In this document: in pieces, positions 1-8,153 of the stretch
How positions within the stretch are numbered: the first letter of the stretch is position 1
Layout of the letters: the number at the start of each line of letters is the position of its first letter
DNA from: Calditrichia bacterium
Lineage (GTDB): Bacteria > Calditrichota > Calditrichia > RBG-13-44-9
Reading direction: 5' to 3'
Length of the DNA stretch: 19,723 bases
Assembly: GCA_037381445.1 (NCBI GenBank)
Contig: JARRQT010000115.1
Coordinates: forward strand, 1-19,723
Program-made: the position numbers and the translations under genes
Notes under the pieces: model-generated
What the model saw: the letters and a program-made list of their open reading frames with translations, nothing else
What the model was told of the DNA's origin: nothing
The model's database searches: none

Positions 1-1
1 C

Positions 2-103
2 TCGGGACCGGTGACTGACTACAAGATCACCCTGGGAGGCGAACCGGCCATCTCGGAAACCGATTGGATGTCTTATCTCTTGTTCGGCAGGCCCACCGGC
101 GCC
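2..103 (+). pseudogene. Fragment resembling the C-terminal TamB/DUF490 domain (frame +2), joined to the downstream gene
   Basis: Frame +2 reads SGPVTDYKITLGGEPAISETDWMSYLLFGRP, resembling the TamB C-terminal pattern (G...P.ITLSS.P.LS..EILSYLLFGRP). The resemblance ends near nt 100. 60 of the first 100 nt are G/C, higher than the gene that follows. Confidence 0.55.
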
Positions 104-753
104 TCCGCGACAGCAAATTTACGGTGGTTAAAAACACCGAGCCCGCCTACCAGGACCAGAAATTTATCACTGAAGCCAGCAAGCTGCACGGCGACCTGCT
201 GTTTGCCCATATCCGCAGGCGTTCGCAGGGACCGGTGCTCATGGAGAACACCCATCCCTTTGTCTATAAAAACTGGATATTCATGCACAACGGAAACATT
301 CCTGACTTCGAGCAGTGCAAACTGGAGCTGAACAATCATTTGCCGCGCAATATGAATATCAAAACCGAGGGGTCCACAGACAGTGAATATCTGTTCAAAT
401 ATTTCCTGCACTGGTTCGAAAATTCAAAGAAATGCGACGTTTACTGTATTTTAAATATTATCTACAATATCATTCATAAAATCGTCAAGACAACTCCCGC
501 AGAAAAACAGGAGCTGCTGGCCCTTAATTTCGTTTTCACGGACGGCAAATACCTCATCGGTTTCCGCCGGAACCGATCTTTGTTTTACACGCAGCCGGAG
601 GACGGATTATTGATTTCTTCCGAACCTGTGGACAAAGAATACAACTGGAATGAAATTCCGGAGAATCATTTTATCCTTTGCCATAACCCGCATGAAATAA
701 AAATCGCTGCCTATGACATTGAATTAAGCCGCCGGGAAATGGGATTCGTTTAG
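103..753 (+). CDS. Class II glutamine amidotransferase (Ntn hydrolase, YafJ/EgtC-like), 5'-truncated
   Basis: Motifs K.TEPAYQD, AHIRRRSQG, ENTHPF, FMHNG, GSTDSEYLF, ALNF, ISSEP. The expected N-terminal Met-Cys nucleophile and DGWG segment are absent; frame +1 has a stop at 16-18. Confidence 0.8.
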   Translation, partial: LRDSKFTVVKNTEPAYQDQKFITEASKLHGDLLFAHIRRRSQGPVLMENTHPFVYKNWIFMHNGNIPDFEQCKLELNNHLPRNMNIKTEGSTDSEYLFKYFLHWFENSKKCDVYCILNIIYNIIHKIVKTTPAEKQELLALNFVFTDGKYLIGFRRNRSLFYTQPEDGLLISSEPVDKEYNWNEIPENHFILCHNPHEIKIAAYDIELSRREMGFV

Positions 754-837
754 CACTTCCTGGAAAACAATGCAGGCTGGGTCAATTTTTTTGTGTGAAT
801 GAATAGATGCGGTTATCTGTTTTCCACCGATATAAAT

Positions 838-1569
838 ATGAAAAAAGATGAATCCAAAATAGATATCGTGGCGTTTGGCGCCCATCCCGATGATGTTGAG
901 CTCGGCTGCGGCGGCACCCTTTATAAATTGAAAAAGCTTGGCTACCGCACCGCTGTCATCGATCTGACCGAAGGTGAGATGGGGAGCCGCGGAACGGTGG
1001 AGCAACGCTACCGGGAGTCGGCCAAATCGGCGGAAATTCTGCAGGTTGATCACCGCAGCAATCTGAAAATCCCCGACGGCAATATTGAAATCAATGCGGA
1101 AAACAAGGCAAAAATAATCAGTCAGATCAGAATCTTCAAACCATTGCTGATTTTTGCCCCCTATGCGAACGACCGTCATCCGGACCATGTGCATGCCAGC
1201 CAGTTGATTACGGAAAGCTGGTTTTATGCCGGCGTACGAAAATATCTGCCGGACAGTCCCCCGCACCGACCCTTTCGAATTATCTATTACATGGCGAAAT
1301 ATGAATTTGAGCCGAGTTTTGTGATTGATATTACGGATGAGTTTGAAACCAAATTCGATGCGCTGAAAGCCTACGAGTCCCAATTTTACAATCCAGAATG
1401 GCCGGAACAGCAGACTTTTATCTCTTCCTGCTGGTTTCTGGAATCCATAGAATTCAGGGCCCGCCATTTCGGCTGGCGGGCCGGCGTTAAATACGGCGAA
1501 CCTTTCTGGATAAAAGAACCGCTTGCCCTGGATGATCCGGTCCCGATATTTTCGCGCAGAATCCTCTGA
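838..1569 (+). CDS. bshB1: Bacillithiol biosynthesis deacetylase BshB1 (PIG-L/LmbE family)
   Basis: AFGAHPDDVELGCGGT, DLTEGEMGSRG, DRHPDH, YESQF, RARHFG...GVKYGEPF motifs. The ATG at 838 fits the family length better than 799. Confidence 0.88.
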   Translation: MKKDESKIDIVAFGAHPDDVELGCGGTLYKLKKLGYRTAVIDLTEGEMGSRGTVEQRYRESAKSAEILQVDHRSNLKIPDGNIEINAENKAKIISQIRIFKPLLIFAPYANDRHPDHVHASQLITESWFYAGVRKYLPDSPPHRPFRIIYYMAKYEFEPSFVIDITDEFETKFDALKAYESQFYNPEWPEQQTFISSCWFLESIEFRARHFGWRAGVKYGEPFWIKEPLALDDPVPIFSRRIL

Positions 1570-1642
1570 TCTATTAGAATTTCCCCCAAAATATCTACTA
1601 ACATCGCGCAACAAAACGCACCGGATTTTTTCTGCAAACCTG

Positions 1643-3793
1643 CTACTTGGTTTTCATGACGAATATTCCATCCCAGTCCTCTGCCGGCGGATGAGCCATA
1701 AACTCCTGGCAGCGCAGCAGATAGAGCCGCGAGGGACCGTCATCACTTTTCATCTGCACCGCCTGGCGGAAATAGTTGTTCGCCCATTCCCAGTTGCGCT
1801 TCAGATAATTTTCAAACCCCTGCTCATATTGGCGCAGCATCTCAAGGAGTGCTGTATCGACCGCCTCTTCTTTGGCAGCGATCAGCTCATACGCCTTTAC
1901 CGGCTTTTTCTTTCCCTTCACCGCCAGCATATCCAACGGACGCACGAGGAATTTATCTTTCACCAGTTCGTATGTTTTTTCCCCAATCATGATTTCAGTG
2001 CCATACAGTTTATTGGCGCCCTCCAATCGTGAGGCCAGATTGACTGAATCCCCCATCACCGTATAATCAAAACGGGTCACCGAACCCATATTTCCGACCA
2101 CCATATCACCGGAGTTCACCCCAATCCGCATATGCAGTTCAGGCTTGTCGGCTGCTTTCCAGCGCTCCCGCAACTGCTGCAGCCTCTTCTGCATCTGCAG
2201 TGCCGAACGGCAGGCCAGTTCCGCATGGTCGGGCATTTCCACCGGTGCGCCGAAAACCGCCATGATGGCATCACCTTCATACTTGTCGAGCATTCCCTGG
2301 TTCTCAAAAATCAGGTTGGTCATCTCCGTCAGATATTCGTTCAGAAGTGTTACCAGTTTTTCAGGCTCAAGCTGTTCGGAGATGGTCGTAAAACCGGCGA
2401 CATCCGAAAAAAGAACGCTGCAGAATTTCTTTTCGCCCCCCAGCTTCACTTTTTCCGGATTCCTGAGCAACACATCCACCACCGAGGAGGATACATAGTG
2501 GGAAAATATCCTCCTGACCCGTCGTTTATCTTTCTCCTCAAACATATACCTGTAGACATAGGTGGAGGCGAAAACCACCACCACCGCGAACATGGGTTGG
2601 ATCATTGGCATCCAGTAAGAATACAATTCCAGCGAGTAAAGCCCGGCCAGAATAATGAGGAACATAAAAAGAACGGTCAGCAATATGCTGCCCAGCGGCC
2701 GGACAAACACCAGCACGATTCCGGCCAGGACCGCAATAATCAGAATAAAGATAAAATTCGTTACATCGGACATTTTGTGGATATACTTGTTCTGTAAAAT
2801 CTGGTAGATTACATTGGCATTCACCTCCACGCCGGGATAGGCGGCCTGCAGCGGTGTAGTCCGCAAATCGAACAGGCCCGGCAGGGAAGAACCGACCACA
2901 ATAATTTTATCTTTCAGATACTCCGGCTGGACAAATCCCATGAGCACATCATAAAATGAAATATACCGGAAAGCACGAAATCCGCCCTCGTAATGGATCA
3001 GCATCTGGCCATGCTCATCAATGGGAACGGAATACTGTTTTCCATCCGCAGAATTCAAAATGAGATCAGAATGGCTTTCATCATAGCCGATTTTTTGAAT
3101 CCCCAGATTTTTCATGGCCATCTGAAACGCGAAGGAAGAATAGACATGATCATTAAATTTGAGAAAGGCGGGTATTCGCCTCAGAACGCCATCCGGGTCC
3201 GGAAACAGATTTACATAACCGGCTGTATAGCTTGCATTGAGGAATTCAGGAGAATCCGGGCCCAGCCGTTCCTGGCTGATTAAACGGGCGGATAATGCGG
3301 GGGGAACATCATACAGGAATCTTTTAAAATCCAACCCCTGGGGCTCACTGGTCATCACCGGCCGGAAATGCTCGCTGTCCGACACGGAGAAATAGAGCGC
3401 GCTGCAGACATTACCGGCATTGCGGATTGCAGAAATAAAAGCCCTGTCCTCGGCCGGATTCCGGCGATCGGGATCAAAAATAAAGTCCATGCCAATCATG
3501 GCGACCCCTGCTTTTTTCAGGTAATTGACCATGGTTTCCCAATGGGTGCGGGGCCATTGATGGTAACTTCCCAGCTTTTCCACACTGCGCTCATCAATAT
3601 CCACAATTACAATATCATCTATGGGACTTTTGGGCTGATCGATGGCACGCCGCATTCGCCAGTCGTAGGTTTGAGCCTCAATAGTGAAAAAGAAGTTTTT
3701 GAACAGCATATCGCTGACCACCCACACCAAAATGGCACTTAACACACCGGCCAGTACTCCGGTCATTATTTTTCTCAGGAAGCTCTGCTTCAT
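1643..3793 (-). CDS. CHASE2-domain membrane adenylate cyclase (class III) with C-terminal TPR-like tail
   Basis: N-terminal TM; CHASE2 motifs (IVIVDIDERS, WPR, DPDGVLRR, PGVEVNAN); 3 TM helices; cyclase motifs FSDVAGFT, DKYEGDA, RIGVNSG, DYTVMGDSVNLASRLE, VKGK. Confidence 0.93.
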   Translation of the reverse strand: MKQSFLRKIMTGVLAGVLSAILVWVVSDMLFKNFFFTIEAQTYDWRMRRAIDQPKSPIDDIVIVDIDERSVEKLGSYHQWPRTHWETMVNYLKKAGVAMIGMDFIFDPDRRNPAEDRAFISAIRNAGNVCSALYFSVSDSEHFRPVMTSEPQGLDFKRFLYDVPPALSARLISQERLGPDSPEFLNASYTAGYVNLFPDPDGVLRRIPAFLKFNDHVYSSFAFQMAMKNLGIQKIGYDESHSDLILNSADGKQYSVPIDEHGQMLIHYEGGFRAFRYISFYDVLMGFVQPEYLKDKIIVVGSSLPGLFDLRTTPLQAAYPGVEVNANVIYQILQNKYIHKMSDVTNFIFILIIAVLAGIVLVFVRPLGSILLTVLFMFLIILAGLYSLELYSYWMPMIQPMFAVVVVFASTYVYRYMFEEKDKRRVRRIFSHYVSSSVVDVLLRNPEKVKLGGEKKFCSVLFSDVAGFTTISEQLEPEKLVTLLNEYLTEMTNLIFENQGMLDKYEGDAIMAVFGAPVEMPDHAELACRSALQMQKRLQQLRERWKAADKPELHMRIGVNSGDMVVGNMGSVTRFDYTVMGDSVNLASRLEGANKLYGTEIMIGEKTYELVKDKFLVRPLDMLAVKGKKKPVKAYELIAAKEEAVDTALLEMLRQYEQGFENYLKRNWEWANNYFRQAVQMKSDDGPSRLYLLRCQEFMAHPPAEDWDGIFVMKTK

Positions 3794-3883
3794 GGTCTTT
3801 CTCCGTCATTCAGACTGAAATAATTTAACGAGTTATAATTAATGTCGCCAAAAAACAATTTCGTTTACTCAATCAAAGAAAAT

Positions 3884-5020
3884 TTATGAATGATTGTCAA
3901 AATCATGTAAGTAATCCAGAAGTTTGTCAAAATCACTTTGATCATTATAAAAATGAGGCGAGATGCGGATTTTGCCTTCCCGCAGTGAGACTGTCACTTT
4001 ATTTTCTTTCAGGAAATTAAAAAGTTCTTCGGCCCGGTCGTGATAAACGCTCACAATTCCTGACCGGACTTCTGGCTCAGAATGGGTAAAGAGCCGGTAG
4101 CCGGATTCGGTGAGTTTGCGGACCAGATAATCCGTATTGCCCAGCACCTTTGTTTCGATATTCTCCGGTCCGATTTCCAGCATAATTTCCAGCATGGCCG
4201 CGGCGGCGATAATCCCATAGGTATTCGCGGTTCCAGGTTCAAAGCGCTGCGCATTCTCCGCAAAAGGCTGGCCGTAATTGAAGAAATCCCAGGGGGTCTG
4301 CACGCTCAGCCACCCGGCCTGCGCCGGATAAATTCTGTCGAAGATATGGGCAGCAATATAGACGAATCCGATTCCGGCGGGCCACATGAGCCACTTATGC
4401 CCGCCAGTCGCCATAAAATCGATCCCCGTTTCCTGCACATCCAAACGCAGGCCCCCCAATCCCTGAATTGCATCCACGCAGAAAATGATGTTCCTTTGAC
4501 GGCACAACTCGCCGATTCTTTTCAGATCATTGCGATAGCCGTTGAGGAATTCCACAAAACTGATGGAGAGTAACCGCGTGGCAGGCTTGAGACTTTTTTC
4601 AATATCTTCAATAAAAACTGCGCCATCCCGGTTTTTGACGAAATCGATTTCGACCCCTTTGCGCCTGAGATTGATAAACGGAATTACATTGGAGGGAAAT
4701 TCGAAGTCATTTAAAAGAATCCGGTCGCCCGGCTTCCAGTCCAGGCCCATGGCAAGAATATTTAACCCGGCGGAAGTGTTAGGAACCAGGGCAATCTGAT
4801 TCTGCGGCGCATTGATAAGCTTTCCGATCAGTGTGATCAGCCTCGCCTTTCGATCCATAGCTTCCGGCCAGAATTCTATGTTTTTCTCCAGACGATTCTT
4901 AAAAAATTCTTCAACCGCTTCGAGGGTACGGGTATTCATGGGGGAGATCGCCGCGTGATTGAGATAGACATGCTCCCTGAGGTGCGGAAACAATTTCCGG
5001 TAAGATTCCCAATCTATCAT
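3884..5020 (-). CDS. Aminotransferase class V-fold PLP enzyme (cystine C-S lyase/EgtE-like rather than canonical IscS/SufS)
   Basis: YLNHAA, NTSAGLN, EFPSN, VDAIQ, GGHKWL (PLP lysine), RFEPGT, IRISPHFYN. No persulfide-forming Cys loop is present. Confidence 0.88.
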   Translation of the reverse strand: MIDWESYRKLFPHLREHVYLNHAAISPMNTRTLEAVEEFFKNRLEKNIEFWPEAMDRKARLITLIGKLINAPQNQIALVPNTSAGLNILAMGLDWKPGDRILLNDFEFPSNVIPFINLRRKGVEIDFVKNRDGAVFIEDIEKSLKPATRLLSISFVEFLNGYRNDLKRIGELCRQRNIIFCVDAIQGLGGLRLDVQETGIDFMATGGHKWLMWPAGIGFVYIAAHIFDRIYPAQAGWLSVQTPWDFFNYGQPFAENAQRFEPGTANTYGIIAAAAMLEIMLEIGPENIETKVLGNTDYLVRKLTESGYRLFTHSEPEVRSGIVSVYHDRAEELFNFLKENKVTVSLREGKIRISPHFYNDQSDFDKLLDYLHDFDNHS

Positions 5021-5046
5021 TTAAAAATATCCTTTCTGAATACAAA

Positions 5047-6642
5047 TTAATGAGTGTCCAACAATGACAGAATTCCGGGCAGATCCTCCAATTCAAATAC
5101 GGGCATTCCCCTGAAGTAGCTGTGGGGGGCCAGTTGTGCAGGAAGAGTAACTACCTCGAGGTCCATTTTATATAACCATTCTTTTTCAAATTCCGACGGA
5201 CAATTTAATAGTTCAGAGACATCAAGCGCAAGATATTGCTTGGGAAATTTCAGAATAAGGGCAATCCGGTAATTGTAAAAATAAGCAGGGTTGAATTCTC
5301 CTATTACCGCGGCGCCCTCTTTAAACAGAAAATAAAACTGCAGCCCCATAATCCAGGCCGGATAAGCCCTGCGCAGATCCTCCTCGGTAAAGGGAAGCAA
5401 TTTCGGATTGCTTCCCTGCATGCCGCAAACCAGTTCGAACAATTTTGAAGCGGGGAGCAGCTCGTCGGCAAAATTCAAATGCAGACAAAAGTATTCATAA
5501 ACATACTGGGGAATATGGATCCATTCGCTGGCCGGAAAATTTTGTTCCTGGATTTCCGCTTTCTCAATCATGGTCATCAAATCATGATACCTTAGACCGG
5601 CATTTTGCAGCCAGTCTCTTTTCTGAAAAAAAGTCCGCAGATATTTAAATAATTGAGGATTCAGGGGATGTTGAATAAATATCAGACGAAGCCAGTCCAT
5701 CCAGTTGGTTAAGTTGAAACTTTCCGTGAAATATCTCTCCAGTCGTCGGAATATGCCCGTATCAGAAGGATTTCCCATCAGGTATCTGAATGTCATTTCC
5801 TCGAACTCGTCATGCTTATCGGCGGCCTCTTTTATATCCAGAGAACGTCTGATCCAGTATCCTCGATTGGATCCCTTTCCAAGAAAATTGTCTGTCAGCT
5901 TTTCCGCTTCATCTAGCCGGGAATGATGAATCAGGTAGTCCACTTCCAGACTGTCAAATTCCCAGGATTTCAATTGCGGCAGGCCGGGATATTTAGTCAG
6001 CAGTCTCTGGTAGGTCTTTTGGGGCTTTACATGATCCTGCTGATATTTGATCGAAACATATTTTATTAAAAAATATTTGTCGGGATTTTCTTTCAACATC
6101 CTGCTTAAAATGCGAAGGGCATAACTTTTTTGTCCATTTCTCACCAGCGCCTCGCACCACAGCAACACAAACCAGGATTCATCCTTGAACTGCTTTTTCC
6201 AGGTGGAAAGAGTATTCAGCGCCTCGCCGTTACGGTTTAACTGCAATAAAAGAGTAAGGCATGATTTTAAGGCTACAGCGCGCGTTGCCGGACTTTTTAT
6301 CGCCAACAGATAGTACTGCCAGGCACGCCCAAATTTACCCTCTCTTTCCGATTTGACCGCCAGGGAATAATTTACATAGCCATCCCCGGGATTGCTTTTC
6401 AGAAGTTTTTCGAGGATCTGTCGGGCCTGAATCCGGGCACCTAATCGATTATATGTTTCAGAAAGGGAGAGCAGCAGCACGGGATGATTGGGATATTCAA
6501 GAACTGCCTGCTCAAGGGTATGAACAGCTTTGTTCCAGAGGTTTTGCGATTCAAATTCCCGTGCCAGCAGCAAATACTGGCGCAAGCGCCGGTTCGCCGG
6601 GGCTGTCGTATTTTCTCCATTCTGCGATTTACTTTCGTTCAT
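5047..6642 (-). CDS. Tetratricopeptide-repeat (helical repeat) protein
   Basis: 531 aa ORF with N-terminal TPR-like helices (A..LEQAVLEYP, A..ILEKLLKSNP, A..YY..A). It lies 26 nt upstream of the PLP gene, so probably co-transcribed. Confidence 0.7.
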   Translation of the reverse strand: MNESKSQNGENTTAPANRRLRQYLLLAREFESQNLWNKAVHTLEQAVLEYPNHPVLLLSLSETYNRLGARIQARQILEKLLKSNPGDGYVNYSLAVKSEREGKFGRAWQYYLLAIKSPATRAVALKSCLTLLLQLNRNGEALNTLSTWKKQFKDESWFVLLWCEALVRNGQKSYALRILSRMLKENPDKYFLIKYVSIKYQQDHVKPQKTYQRLLTKYPGLPQLKSWEFDSLEVDYLIHHSRLDEAEKLTDNFLGKGSNRGYWIRRSLDIKEAADKHDEFEEMTFRYLMGNPSDTGIFRRLERYFTESFNLTNWMDWLRLIFIQHPLNPQLFKYLRTFFQKRDWLQNAGLRYHDLMTMIEKAEIQEQNFPASEWIHIPQYVYEYFCLHLNFADELLPASKLFELVCGMQGSNPKLLPFTEEDLRRAYPAWIMGLQFYFLFKEGAAVIGEFNPAYFYNYRIALILKFPKQYLALDVSELLNCPSEFEKEWLYKMDLEVVTLPAQLAPHSYFRGMPVFELEDLPGILSLLDTH

Positions 6643-6978
6643 CCTGAAATCACTGACTTTGATTAAAGATTAATTCATCGTATTCCAAAACCGGTAACCG
6701 CTCAAAAACTGATATTGGGAAATCCCCCTCCCAGAATATAATGCTATGTTAAAGATAATTAATGACATATAAAATTAAGCGCAATCGGGCAATAAATCAA
6801 TGGATTTTCAAGGTAGAACAAGATTTGCAGGAAGGTACCAATCATATTGATTGAATTAAAATGGTAAAAGCCTCCGGGAATCAACCGCTTCATTATTTCC
6901 ATTTTTTATATGGTGATTAAATTTTGATACAAACCAGCTTTTTATTATCTTTTCTGGAGAATGAAAACGGAGCCTGAT

Positions 6979-7617
6979 ATGACCAAAGATCAAAAGATCA
7001 AATCGCTAATTTCCGAATTGTCAAAAATTTATCCTGAGCCAAGGCTGGCACTGAATTTCTCAAACGGTTTTGAATTGCTAGTGGCAGTCATTCTTTCTGC
7101 CCAGTGCACCGATGAACGGGTCAATAAAGTGACCGCTGACCTCTTCAAAAAATACTCCGCACCCGGAGATTATCTAAAGACACCCGATAAAGATTTGCAG
7201 GAAGACATCCGATCCACCGGATTTTATAAAAATAAGGCCAGGGCTCTTAAAGCCTGCTGTCAAAAATTATCTGAGGAATTTCAGGGAAAAATTCCTCAGA
7301 ATATCGACGAATTGACAGCACTGCCGGGGGTAGGGAGAAAAACCGCGGCCATGGTGCTGGGAAATGTTTATGGCAAAAATGAGGGCATCGCTGTTGATAC
7401 CCATGTGAAGCGGGTTATTCAGCGGCTGGAGATTTCCAAAGAAAACAGCGTTGACAAAATGGAAAGAGAGCTCATGGAACTGATCCCGCGAGAAAAGTGG
7501 ACCTGGGCGAGTAATGCTGCCATTCTTTTCGGACGAAATATCTGCCAGTCACGGAAGCCCAAATGCCCGGAATGTCCCCTGCGGCAGTGGTGTCCCTACC
7601 CCGATAAGACTGTTTAA
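6979..7617 (+). CDS. nth: Endonuclease III
   Basis: LLVAVILSAQCTD, GFYKNKA, HhH motif LPGVGRKTA, AVDTHV and the 4Fe-4S motif C-X6-C-X2-C-X5-C. GGAG at 6969-6972 favours the ATG at 6979 over 6961. Confidence 0.95.
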   Translation: MTKDQKIKSLISELSKIYPEPRLALNFSNGFELLVAVILSAQCTDERVNKVTADLFKKYSAPGDYLKTPDKDLQEDIRSTGFYKNKARALKACCQKLSEEFQGKIPQNIDELTALPGVGRKTAAMVLGNVYGKNEGIAVDTHVKRVIQRLEISKENSVDKMERELMELIPREKWTWASNAAILFGRNICQSRKPKCPECPLRQWCPYPDKTV

Positions 7618-8153
7618 AGATTTTTTTGAATTGATCGACCGAACTGCTTGATAAACGGATACATTTCAATACAGAAACTGGCCATTGAAAACAAATTGCC
7701 AGTCAACCGGATATTTTGCTGAATAAAATAAAATCAGTGCACATTTCTCTTATGAACAGAGAAACTGCCAGCAAGCTCCTTTTAGAGCGAATATTAAAGA
7801 ACATTTAAAATAATTGCGATAATAAGAAGAGAAATGTATATTTTTAGAAATTTTGAAAATTTTTCATTTTTAAAATTATGAAAAGCTATCGAATTTTATT
7901 GTAATTTGCAGAAAGAAGGTTGGCAAGAACTATTAATGAGTTCATAAATTGCAGTTTTATTTTGACAAGAAATTCCGGGTACCAAAGTTTTCAATAAGAC
8001 CAATTTACTCCCTTTCAAATTCTGAATGAAATAAAGGAGGCGATTTTTCGCTCATTTCTTCATCGTTAAATTTTGGGAATCCGTTAAGCGAATAAAATCG
8101 CGTCTGATTTTGATGCATTAAAAATGATACACATAAAGATCGCTGTTCAGGCT

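Noticed and set aside
11..331. 106 aa ORF in frame +2 as a real gene
   Set aside because: Only the first ~30 residues look protein-like (TamB-like); the rest is an off-frame read of the amidotransferase.
724..1614. 296 aa minus-strand ORF
   Set aside because: Antisense shadow of bshB1 with no recognisable motifs.
1523..4799. Multiple plus-strand ORFs of 64-221 aa
   Set aside because: Antisense shadows of the cyclase and PLP genes.
3884..5020. Calling the PLP enzyme iscS or sufS
   Set aside because: It lacks the catalytic Cys motifs (SSGSAC or RxGHHCA).
6726..6754. dif-like sequence CCCTCCCAGAA-TATAATG-CTATGTTAAAG
   Set aside because: The spacer is 7 nt rather than 6, both arms have mismatches, and it sits in a divergent promoter region containing TATAAT; more likely promoter DNA.
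7618..8153. Long AT-rich intergenic region as ncRNA or CRISPR leader
   Set aside because: No repeat-spacer array or convincing structure was visible.
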